Part shown: piece after piece, positions 25,851 through 39,044 of the stretch | Layout: each line of letters opens with the position of its first letter | Numbering within the stretch: position 1 is the stretch's first letter | Notes under the pieces: model-generated | What the model saw: only the letters and a program-made list of their open reading frames with translations | The model's database searches: none | Told to the model about the DNA's origin: nothing | Origin: Vicugna vicugna | Taxonomy: Eukaryota | DNA: 64,000 nt | Reading direction: 5' to 3' | NCBI GenBank assembly: GCA_013265495.1 | Contig: MU058289.1 | Span: forward strand, 248,001-312,000 | Program-made: the position numbers and the translations under genes

Positions 25851-27777
25851 CAAATATGGCTTCTATCTCATTCTTCTAGGACAACAATAAACTTGAGTTA
25901 GAAATTCTCTTTCATCCAATCTTTCATATTTCTCATTTTTTTTACCTCCACTGAATTCTGGAGAGTTTCTTCCAACCTACCTCCATTTTACAGCTACATC
26001 GAATCTCTGTAAACACTAATCTTTATTATCCAGTGAGTTTTTAATTTCAGTGATTGCATTTTTCAGTTCTAGAATGCTTTTTGTTTTATATTCTAATATG
26101 CTCTCTCACTTTTTATAGTTTCCAGTTTTCTGATGGAAACTTCAAACTTGTGTTTTGTTTTCTTGAAAATACGTGTAGCTATAGTGCAGTGTAGGGGGTA
26201 CAAGGACAAACTGTAAGTTCACATGAAGGCCAGGTGACTCCTGGCCCATTCTGACCTGGAGCGTGATGGCCTTCAGGTCTCTGCTTGAAATGGAGAGCTG
26301 AGGCTCAGACTCTCCAATCTGGGGGGACCTGGGTTACTTTTGCTCCTCTGGTCCCAGGCTGCCTTTTGCATTGGAAAATACCTTCAGAACAAATGAAGTT
26401 TGGGGCTCCTCTCTTATGTTATTCTGAATTTTCATTTTGATTTCCTTTTCCTCTTTACTAGTGTTTTACTGCTTTTAGTAATATTTTTTCCGCATAGATT
26501 TTATCTTGCATTTTTATCTGTTATCCAGTGAAGGGTGGTTTCTGATTTCTTTAGAACACCATTCCTGGCAGGAGAAGTCCTGTGTTTTATTCTTGTGCAG
26601 AATTGAATTTATTTGTTTGTTGTGTTTTCTGAAATTAAAATACCTTTCCCCCCCAATTATATAGATAGAAAATACTTCCCATAAAAAAAATTAAATTAAA
26701 AAAATTACAAATAATCTAAATTCCACAGCCCAGAGATACCACTGTTGACATTCTCTTGACTACACATTCATTCTTTATTCTATGCAGATATACACAGTTT
26801 TACATACATCATTTTATATAAACAGCATCATTATAGACACTATTGTTCTCATATAGTTCCTTTATTTTCAACCTTCTTTTGTGCTTGCCCTCCACCATCT
26901 CCTATCCTGACCCATGTCACCAGCATTACCAACATTAGCAGCCTGGGCATATCCTTACATAGCTTTCTCTACCACCACTCAAATATGCAAACATATATAT
27001 GCATATTTATGAGAGATTCTTTTTGGTCATTGTTTGGACAGGAATTTCCTAACTTATGAGTTCAGCCTCCTGGATCTAGAAGCCAGAAACCCACATTCCC
27101 AAGCTTCCTTGAAGCTGTGATGCAGGTGTGTGTTCTGCGTTCTGTCAAGCAAATGTGCTCATGTTTAATTTTTTTTTTTTAATTTGGAAAATTTTGAAAA
27201 GACAGAAAAATAGAAAAGTGTGAGGAACCCTCAATAATCTATCTACCCTCAACAACAATCCAACAATCCAGCCAACAATCCTTTCCCACTCATTCCTCTC
27301 TCCTGTGTTGTTATGTAGCAAGTCCCAATTACCATCTTTCATCTGTAGGTATTTTGGGACTCACAACAGAATTTGATTTGAAAGAGAGTGAGGGGAAGAA
27401 GGAGACAATCTGGAAAATTGATTCTGATACAAATATCAGAAGCCTTAGCAGAAAGTTCTGGGTGGCATTAGGATTTGTGAATCCCAGGACTGATTCTCTG
27501 GCCCTCCTAGGGATTTGGACATCCTTGAACACATCTGCTTTTCTGTTTAAACTAGTTACCTTGGTTTCTACGGTATGAGGTGAAGAACCCTGACTGCTAC
27601 ATTGGAATCAGGCATAATATTGATTAAATGACTAGAGCCAGGGCACATGGCGTTCCTACTTTTAAACTGTGGAAGACGCGGGTTCTTTGAGAAAGAGGCG
27701 GGGATGGGAGCTGTCTTGGGCATCTGTTGTGCTGATGACCCAGTGCCCCTCTTCCCTTCTGGGAATTAAACTCCCTT

Positions 27778-28220
27778 TGTCTTAGTGTAGGTTCCCCCCA
27801 AAACCAGAACCTGAAAAGAGGACTCAAGTCAAGCCATTTACTTGGGAAATTCAGAGAATGCCAGCAGGGAGTGGGGAAGGCAGACAGGGAAGGGTGAGCC
27901 AATGAAGAATGTGTTATCTAGAGCAGCTGGAGCTTAATCTTGCTGGGGAGTTCTGGAAGATGGTAGAATCCTAAAGTTGTTCATCCAAGGGGTGAGGGGG
28001 CTGGAGTATTTATCCACCAACTCCCATCAGTTATTAGTAGAGGGCTGCTCCCAGAAGCACTAACTCCCTGGCCCTTTCCAGCTTGGGCAGAGTGGGTTCT
28101 AGCAGCCAGAAAGAGCCATTCAGAAGACAGTCACAGTGCAGGCAGTTGGAAGCCCAGTTGTGTGCTTGGAAATGATCACTGCTGAGGGAATATGGATGAG
28201 ACACCAACAGCATCCCTGCC
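27778..28220. mobile_element. ERVL-type solo LTR relic (LTR33-like)
   Basis: tgtcttagtgtaggttcccccaaaaccagaacctgaaaagaggactcaagtcaagccatttacttggga start; family assignment from memory. Confidence 0.5.
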
Positions 28221-28764
28221 GTGCTGCTTCTAGGGACTGTTCCTCCCTCCTGCTCCATTTAGTGTTCTCAGGGATCCTGCATTTTCTCATAGACTTCACC
28301 CCTATCCGCAGCCATAGGTGATTATTTTGAGATGGGCAAGTTATTTGTGCTGAGCCAGTCTTAGCCCTTTCCTAGTGTATATGTGTATACTTATATATAG
28401 TATATTATATATGGTATAATATGCATATATATTAATCAAGGAATCAGCAAGAGTGAGCTATTGATGGCAGAAACTCTGCTTTTCCATAAGGAATGGAGAG
28501 GGATGAACAAAGCTGGCCCAGAGAGAAGCAGAGACAATCTCTGGAAAGACAGTCCTGGAGTCTGTCCAGATCCATCTAAAGCTCCATCACCTCTTTCCCC
28601 TGATGTTCATGTGCTCAGCTTTCCCTTAGAGCACGTGTGCGCTGGCCTCTGAATCTTCACCAACATCACCCTCTAAGCTCAGCGAGTTCAAGCAAGGCAT
28701 TCGAAACTATGTCATAAAGAATATGGATTTGGCTGCAGTAACAAAGTTCCCCCAAATAACAGTG

Positions 28765-29255
28765 CTGTTTCCATTGTCTCTTGCTTTGTAACAGGTTACC
28801 CCAACATGCAGTGGCTTAAAACAGTAAGACTGATTGTTTCTCATGATTCTGTGAACTGGCGGCGGAGGTGGAGGTGCTTATGCTTCACATGGTGTTGCCT
28901 GGGGTCATTCAAGGGGCTGCATTTAGCCGGGGGCTGGCAAGGCATGGAAGGTCCAAGACGACTGGGTTTTCTGGGGCTCTGGCATTTGCTGTTGGCTGGG
29001 CTGCCTTGGTTCTTATCCCCGTGGCCTCTCTCTACGTGGTGTCTCATCTTCTAGGGCCTCTTTGTGTGGCCTCACTCTCCAGGAAGGGAGCTTGGACTTC
29101 CTTGCAGCATGGCAGCTGGGTCCCAAGAGCATAACAGCAGAAGCTGTAAGGCTTTTTACAGCCTTGGCTCAGGGCGAGCACAGCATCCCTTCCACTGTGT
29201 TCTAAGTCAAAGCGATCACATGGTCAGCTCAGATGCAAGGGGAGGGAAAATGGAC
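28765..29255. mobile_element. MaLR (MLT1-type) LTR relic
   Basis: ttgctttgtaacaggttaccccaacatgcagtggcttaaaac...tttctcatgattctgtg...cagcatggcagctggg...cttccactgtgttct. Confidence 0.6.
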
Positions 29256-29269
29256 TCTATAACTTTAAA

Positions 29270-29445
29270 AATATACATATTTCTGTTGAAGTACAGTCAG
29301 TTTACAATGCTGTGTCAATTTCCAGTGTAGACAATACTTTGGTCACATAGGAACATACATTAATTCTCATATTCTTCTTCACCATAGGTTACTACAAGAT
29401 ATTGAATATAGTTCCCTGCGCTATGTGGTATAAAGTTGTTGTTTT
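29270..29445 (-). mobile_element. Short 5'-truncated L1 3' end
   Basis: ttgaagtacagtcagtttacaatgctgtgtcaatttc...ttactacaagatattgaatatagttccctgcgctat is a typical laurasiatherian L1 3' end in antisense; flanked by ctataact copies. Confidence 0.7.
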
Positions 29446-30489
29446 CTATAACTCTTTCTTTTTTCTATAACTCTTGATGAGAGGGTTGGCATGTGTATAT
29501 TGGACAGAAGAAATTCTTGGTGACTGTTTTTGGAGACTACCTACCTTGAGTGGCTTAAATGAGGGAGGAGGTCTTCTCTCACATAACAGTCCAGGGCTGG
29601 CGCGGCTCTTCCAAGATGATGGGCACTAAGGCTCCTTCTGTCTTGCTGCTGTTTTGTCCTTATGATGGTGTCCTTACCCGCTTGTTCCAAGATAACACTT
29701 CCCTTGTTCAAATTCTAGCAAATGAGGAAATTGACTATATCCTTCCACAAAAGCTAAGACCCATAAATAGTTCATTCACTTCCCATGCTGCCCATCAGCC
29801 AGAATGAAGTCACATGGCCACTCTAAATGCAAATGAGGCCGGATAATGCAGTCTTTAGTGACCAGACACTCTGATAAAAATTCTGTGCAAGAAGGAACAG
29901 GAGGATATGGGGGACACTACCGTTCTTATCTGGCAAATGATTAATTCCAGAAGAAATAGTGGGCATGTCTGGGATACCCTTAAACCTCTGCAGAGACAAG
30001 GAGCCATGTTTAATCCAACCTGTTGCCACTGGTGGTCATTCGATCCAGTAGCCAAAGAACAGTGATAGAGCATCTCCTCTGTGTGCTGGGGAATACAACA
30101 GTGAACAAGACAGAAAGGTCCCTGTTCTCACGGAGTTTCCATTCTAGAGGAAGTGGCAGACAGTAGAAATTGGAATACCTAAGTCAGAGAATTTCAGGTA
30201 TGGCAAATATGGGAAGAAAATGAAATTGGTGGGAGGTGACTTGAGCAGCAGTGATCAGGGGAGGCCTCTGTGAGGGTGTGACATTTGGGCTGACACCTGG
30301 AGGGTGAGAAGGGGTCAGTTATACAAAGACTTCGGGGAAAGTATCATAGGCAGGGGGCACAGCAGGTACAAAGGCCCTGAGGTGAGAATGAGCTTGACTT
30401 ACTCAAGAAACAGCGAGAAGACCAGCGTAGCTGGAGTAGGGTAACAGGGGGAAGAGAGGCAGGAGGGGAGGACAGAGAGATGGGCAGGT

Positions 30490-30875
30490 CTTTATGTTGA
30501 AGATACGTTTTTATCTCTCTTGGGTAAATGCCTACTTTTGCGGAATGGCCAGATCTGTGAGTAAGTGAATATTTCACTTTAGAAAAGAAATGCCAAACTC
30601 TTTTCCAAGGTGGTGGCTGTTTTCCACTTCCCCTAGCAGTGTGTGAGATTTTCAATGGCTCCACATCTCTGCTGACACTTGGAAGGGTCAGTCTTTTTAA
30701 TTTTTGTCATTGCAGTGGGTGTGTAATGGTATTTCATTGTGGTTTTTAGTTTGTATTTCCCTAATGACTAATGATATGGAGAGCTTTTTCACATGCTTAT
30801 TGGCTATTCACATCTCTTCTTTTGTGACGTGTCTGTTCAACTCTTTTGGCCATTTAAAAAAAGTGGGTTATTTGT
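30490..30875 (-). mobile_element. Antisense L1 fragment
   Basis: tctcttgggtaaatgccta...tgccaaactcttttccaaggtgg...tatttcattgtggttttt...tccctaatgactaatgat...catgcttattggctattc. Confidence 0.75.
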
Positions 30876-32499
30876 CTGATTTTTCAGAAAGCTGCTGTGG
30901 GGAGGATGGGCTGGGGGGAAAAGTGGAGGCAAGGAGGGTGGGGAGGGACTCCAGCTTCCACAGAAGTGAGCTTGTCACAGGTTCAAAACATTGCCTGCTT
31001 TCTGGGAAAGGCAGCCTTGGCCTTCCCCAAGTCTTGGGCTGCTGCCAGGAGAGATTGAGACACTTTACAGATTTCGTGGGGGTGGGGGCACCCCTGCTTC
31101 CTGGATTCTGGCACTGTGAGGATGGTGGTGCCCTGCATTTCAGCTTCTTCCTTCACCAAGTGGGATGGGGACCGTGGAGCAGAGACCAGCCCAGGCTGGC
31201 TTCTTGGGGTCTGCACCAGTTCGGTTGTACCTGTTGCTAAAATATTGCAATGTTTGACTTTTGGTTGATAAAGAGTCTCTACCCGACATCCCACAAGTAT
31301 CTGCCAGCATCCCAGTCCGCTTCCTTGGGACACATTGGACTTCCCCACATCTCAGCAACAAACGGTGGTTCCAGGACTCTGACCCAGCCCTATGGCCACA
31401 TCTGTTCTGATTGGATGGCGCCTGGGTGTGGGGGCTGTTAGACTGAATTCTGGGAACAGCCTAGGCCTGGCTGGCGTTGGAAGGATCACATCAGGAGGCT
31501 GAGGCTGAGAGGTGGTGGGAGGATTTCTATTGAGGTGAGCCCAGAGCAGGAGACTTGAAGCATTATAATAACAATAACAATAATGATGTTGATAATAATG
31601 AACATTCATTGAGCAGATTCAGTGTGCCAGGCAGGCATTATTCTAACAGACCTCCCTAAGTCCTCCCAATAAACTGGACCGGAGCAGCAGCCTGGCCCCT
31701 TGCCTCCCGCAGTCTGCTCCCCACCCTCAGCCAGAGGGGGCTGTGAACACCTGAGTCAGATCAAGGCCCTCCTGGCTCAGACCTTCCTCTCCTCCCTGAT
31801 TGCCCGCTGCTCCCTGGGCTTCAGCCACCTTGAGATGCCAGGCGTGCCGGTAAGGCCTGCAGGATCTGTCCTCTCTGGGCCCACTCCAGACAGACCTGGG
31901 GTGGGGGTGGGGTGGGGGCGCGGGTGGGTGTCGATTCTTCTGCGACAGGACTGCCAGGCCTGGGCAGTGTCAGCGGCGTTAGCAGCCAGTGCTCCCTGGG
32001 ACTTGGTCCTGATGGTCTTCTGGACTCCAAGTACTCTCCATCCCCCACCCCAGCAGACCACTCAGCGCCTGTCCCATGACCAGCATCCAGTTTCCCCTTT
32101 TCTCTCCTGAGCCCCAGCCCCAGGGGGAGTGGTGGGTGTGCTGCCTGGACGGGGGAGGGCTTCCTGCTGCTAACCCATCCCCCCCAGTGCCCTAACCTCA
32201 GGTTCCTCCTTTCCCAGCCCCAGCTCAGGCTCCTGCTCGAGGCTAGAAGTCCTTGTCATCTCCTGCGTAGCCTCCCTTGATACTCGCTTCCAGCCACTTC
32301 CTCATTTGGTGGGGGCCGCCCAGCCTGGCTCATGCTGTCACAACCACGTTGTCCCCCACCTGCCTCACCCCAAAGCCCTAGTCCTGGGTCTGTGCTGTGT
32401 GCTTCTGTGTCACTGCCTATTCCTCTTCCTCCTTCTCTGCCTTGCCATCACTTTCTTCTTCCCTATCTTCCACCTTGCTTCTTTTTTCTTTCTCTCTAA

Positions 32500-32930
32500 G
32501 GGTCAAATATCGGTCTTTGGGTCCCGGGTTCCATTTCCACCTTTACTTGCTGTGTGACCTTGGCACAGATTATCTTTCTGTAAAATGGGGCTAAGAGCAA
32601 CTCCCTCAGAAGGGTGTTGTTGGGGGTTAAATGCATTACTATTTGGGACAGAGTGTCCACATGTCATTAGTATCCATATCCTGATGGTTCTCTTTTAATA
32701 TTCTCTGAACATTACAAGGTTCTGATTATCAAATAACTGTAAGTGGTGCTAATAAAAAGCTGGCAAGTGTCAGATCCTGTTCTAGAAATATTAACTCATG
32801 TGATCCCCGCAACACCCTACAAAGTAGGTACTATTTTACTCCTCATTTTACAGATGAGGAAACTGAGGCCCAGAGAGGTTGAGTGACTTGCTCAAGGTTG
32901 CCCAGCCAGGAAGAAGGAGAGATGGGTTCA
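32500..32930. mobile_element. Two MIR SINE relics upstream of TYROBP
   Basis: gctgtgtgaccttggc...ctgtaaaatgggg (+) and cattttacagatgaggaaactgaggcccagagaggttgagtgacttgctcaagg (-) are MIR core sequences. Confidence 0.8.
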
Positions 32931-33145
32931 CTCATAGTCAGCCACTGACCCTCCTGTTATGATGATGTCTGACCCCTGTTTGGAGACGAAGGCCGAGCTG
33001 ACACACGTACACTTTGCCCTTCATTCCAGCCTGGGGGCTGCAGCATGGCCCCTGGGGTGTTTGGGCCTGATTCTTTCTGGTGTTATCTGTCTCTGTTCCT
33101 CCTCCCCCAACGTCTCCTCCTCCGTCCTGCCGCCACCCACCTCAG

Positions 33146-33153
33146 ACTTCCTC
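33146..33153 (-). promoter_or_regulatory. PU.1/ETS site in the TYROBP proximal promoter
   Basis: ACTTCCTC (GAGGAAGT on -) about 75 nt upstream of the ATG, with a second copy at 32296-32303. Consistent with myeloid expression. Confidence 0.55.
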
Positions 33154-33225
33154 CTTTACTTGGTTGGACACTACGCCACATCCCATCCGCCGTGGACTGC
33201 AGTGTCCAGCACCGTCGCCTGCATC

Positions 33226-35929
<2,704 letters not shown>

Positions 35930-36071
35930 GGCCCAGCCAGGGCAGTCAACAACCTGATGCCTGGATCCAGTCATTCCTGACACCTGCCCAGCACCCTATT
36001 CGACTCCCACTACGATACAGATCCACAGTGTCCTCCATGAGATGTCAGACCTCTTCCCACTATTGCCCCCA

Positions 36072-36077
36072 AATAAA
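36072..36077 (+). terminator. TYROBP polyadenylation signal AATAAA
   Basis: Canonical hexamer about 140 nt after the stop codon. Confidence 0.85.
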
Positions 36078-36248
36078 CATGGAGCACATAAACACTGTTG
36101 AGTTATTCCAGATCCCTGGGCTGGTGGGATGGGCATATGTGGGGTTCTGGGGGAGATCAAAGACTCAGAAATAGCTAAATGAGAAAGAAGGAGGCTTGGG
36201 GGACCCTGGGTTCTTAGGAAGAATTCGAACTTGAGGTATTTCAATTGT

Positions 36249-36254
36249 TTTATT
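36249..36254 (-). terminator. HCST polyadenylation signal AATAAA
   Basis: tttatt on + about 95 nt past the HCST stop codon. Confidence 0.85.
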
Positions 36255-36349
36255 CCAGCCTCAAAGAGGAGTAGGTTTCCTGTGCCGCCACACACAATCC
36301 AGGATGAGAGGGTCAGAAGTCAAAGGTCTCAGTTACAGAGTTCCAGGGC

Positions 36350-37587
36350 TCAGCCCCTGCCAGGCATGTTGATGTAGATTTTGCCATCTTCTGGGGGTGG
36401 GGAGAGAAAGCACGAGGCCTGACCACCCACCTCCCACCCACATCGCCACCTCCCTGGGGACCCCCTGCTTCAGGGGTTTCCTCAGGAGTTCCCCCAAGCA
36501 CCGCCCCCAGGGTTTCCCCAGAACCTCCAGGGCTTGCCCGGGGGCCCCCACCGGGGGACCCCGTCCCTCGGGACCAGGCCTGGCTCTGTCCCTGCCCCCA
36601 CCTTGGGTGGGCCTGCGGCGTGGGCGGGCACACAGAAACACCACCACCACGATCAGCAGTGACACAACAGCATCTGCGGCCACGAGCCCCACCAGGAGTG
36701 GCAGGGAGAGGGGCCCACATCCGGAACAGGAACCTAAAGGGTGGGGGCCAAGACAAGAAGGTGGCTGAGGGGGCTTCCAGACATTCAGGGCTGGGCTTTG
36801 GGTATAGGGGGCAGAGGAAGTCCCTGTGGGGGTGGGTATCCCAGATTCCCGGGGAATGAGAGGGGAGATGGAGATCCAGAGAGAGGTTGCGGGTGTCCCA
36901 AGTCTCTCGAGGCTCTGCTTTGGGTATAGTGGGTACACCTGAAGACAGGCCGGGGGGTAGCCAAGTCCTTGGGCCTTCAATTTGGTGATGAGATGGGGAC
37001 CCAGAGAGGGGATGAGAGGTGAGATGGTGACCTGGAGAACCTCTGGGGATGTTCCAGGACCCTCAGGCCACACTTGACTGATGGAAGCAGTACCTGAAGC
37101 GATGCAGCAAAGGGGAAGGGGTGCTGATTTCTCACCTGGGGTCATCTGAGCGGCAGCCACTGTAAAAGGAGAGGGAAGGTCGATCAGCAGGGAGAGGTGG
37201 TTCCCAAAACAGGGTGCAGGGGAAGGTGATGTCCTGAGAAGTAACCTCCACTCCGGAGAGATCAAATGAGAAAAAGGGGCCCAATGGGAGGGGAGCTCCC
37301 AGAGACAGAGAGAGGCAGAAAATCAGAAGTAAAGGCAGAGACCCAGCAGTGAGAAGGGGATGAACAGGCAGCCACTCCAAACTCAGCTTCCCTCCCCCAA
37401 AGGACCAGGCCCAGAAGCCTATCTCTAGAAGAGAAGGGACACCCGGAGAAGGACCCACACTCAGCACCCCTCCCTTCAGATGCCACCCAAAACCTCCCCT
37501 TTCACAAAACTCTGCCTAACACCCCCCACAGCTACTGGCTTCACCTGGGAGCAAAAGCAGGAACAGGATGTCACCTGAAGGGACCAT
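36350..37587 (-). CDS. HCST: Hematopoietic cell signal transducer (DAP10), 4 exons, 79 aa
   Basis: Exons 37587-37545, 37159-37136, 36733-36602, 36390-36350; 240 nt. Protein [79 protein letters not shown] shows CxxC, a TM Asp and the YINM PI3K/Grb2 motif. Confidence 0.96.
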
Positions 37588-37799
37588 GGTAGGCTGGAGG
37601 CTGGAAGGGGTCTGGCAAAGGGCTTTGTTTCCAGAGAGGTCCTGAGGAACAGTGGGGGAATAGAGAGGCAGCAATAGCGGATGTCACTCTTGCTGGTGAC
37701 AAGGCCACCTGCTTCCTGTGTGCATGTGTGGGAGGGGAAGAGCTGGTGGATCCCTGTGACTGCCTTTGGGGACAAACTGGGGGGAGAGTCAGAGAACCA

Positions 37800-38350
37800 G
37801 GGAGGCTGTTCTGATAGTTCAGATGGGAGGTGACAGGTAGCCCAGGGTGTGGGCACTGGGGAGATTCTGGTAAGGTTTTGGAGTTAGAGCCAACAAAACT
37901 TGCTGATGGAGTGGATATGAGTATGTACAAGAGACAGTGTTCCAGGATGACCAAACTCCTGGCCTAAGCAACTGGAAAGATGAGCATCCTTTGACCGGAT
38001 AGAGGAGGGGAAGGAGGTTTGGGGGGAAGTGCCAAGGTTTGGGCACACTAAGTTGGAAATGCCTGATGGATCTCCCTGTGGAGAAACTGAATGACCACAG
38101 CTGCCTCTATAAGTTCAGGGGATAAATCTGGTCTGGAGATGTAAATTTGGGGGTTGATGGCCTATGGATGGTATTTAAAGCCATGAGACGGGGTGAGATC
38201 ATTGAGGAAGTGAGTCCAGACAGAGGCGCAACACCCAACACACCACCTCCCCCCAACACCAAGAATGGATGAAGAGGAGGAAACAGCCAGGAAAACAGAA
38301 GGGGCAGCAAGCGAGGGAGGAGAATCAGGAGAGCATGGAGTCTTGAAAGC
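37800..38350 (-). mobile_element. L2 LINE fragment between HCST and NFKBID
   Basis: caggatgaccaaactcctggcctaagcaactgg...ggtctggagatgtaaatttgggggt...gatggtatttaaagccatgagacggggtgagatc are antisense L2 phrases. Confidence 0.75.
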
Positions 38351-38909
38351 AGGGGAGAAATATGATTTACATCGTCACCAAGTTGAGAACTGAGAATGAG
38401 CCTCCCCCTGGAATGTCAGTCTGCTAGAGGGCTGGGAATTCCTAACTGCTGAGTTCACAGCTATACCATAGCACCCAGCAAAGTGCCTCCCTTGTGGTAA
38501 TTAATTATTTTTAATGATGAATGCATAAAGGAGAACTGACCTCTGAAAAAGAAGGGGATGTGGGAAAGAGGGAGAAATTGAGTCCACCTATATCACTTTT
38601 ATGTATACAGATCTTTCCTCTCTGGAGACCACGGAGTCCAGAACCCCAGGCGCCTTCTTCCTCAGGACCCAGTAATAATGCCACCACCACCCGCCTATGC
38701 CAGCCCAGGATCCAGGAGTCAAGGCCCCCTTGGACAGAGACGCCAAAACCCAGGTCCCCAGTTCCCTCTTCCTTCAGGAGTCCTCCACCCCAGGCCCCTT
38801 CGCCCTCAGACCAAAGATGGGGCTCCCAAACCCCTCTTTCCGGGTTGACTCAGGAGTCTGGCCCTCAGAGTCAGCCCCGCCCATTCAGAGACTGGGTTTG
38901 CTAGAGCGC

Positions 38910-38985
38910 AAAGTGGGGACTCCCGGGCCTGTGGGCGGGGCCCTGCCTAGGACTGGGCGGTGCCAGAACCTCAGTTTAAAAACTC
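38910..38985 (+). promoter_or_regulatory. Putative NFKBID upstream promoter (P1)
   Basis: kB-like GGGGACTCCC 38915-38924, GC boxes at ~38933 and ~38955, and Inr-consensus TCAGTTT 38971-38977 overlapping TTTAAAA. Followed by a CpG-rich exon ending GAG|gtaacg at 39105. Confidence 0.55.
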
Positions 38986-39044
38986 GCGGGGGACCCGACA
39001 CAAGATCGGGGACCCGGCGGCGGCTCCGCGGGGAAACAGCGAGA

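Noticed and set aside
30704..31240. 178-aa ORF in the intergenic block
   Set aside because: Its N-terminal part is antisense L1 sequence and the rest crosses other repeat relics.
31728..31760. CTCF-like cagccagagggggc and AP-1 tgagtca
   Set aside because: Three mismatches to the CTCF core, and it lies in an L2-like relic where such words are common; not supportable from sequence alone.
36333..37265. 310-aa minus-strand ORF over HCST
   Set aside because: It threads exons 2 and 3 through phase-compatible introns. Clear GT-AG sites explain the DAP10-like parts, and the rest is low-information intron translation.
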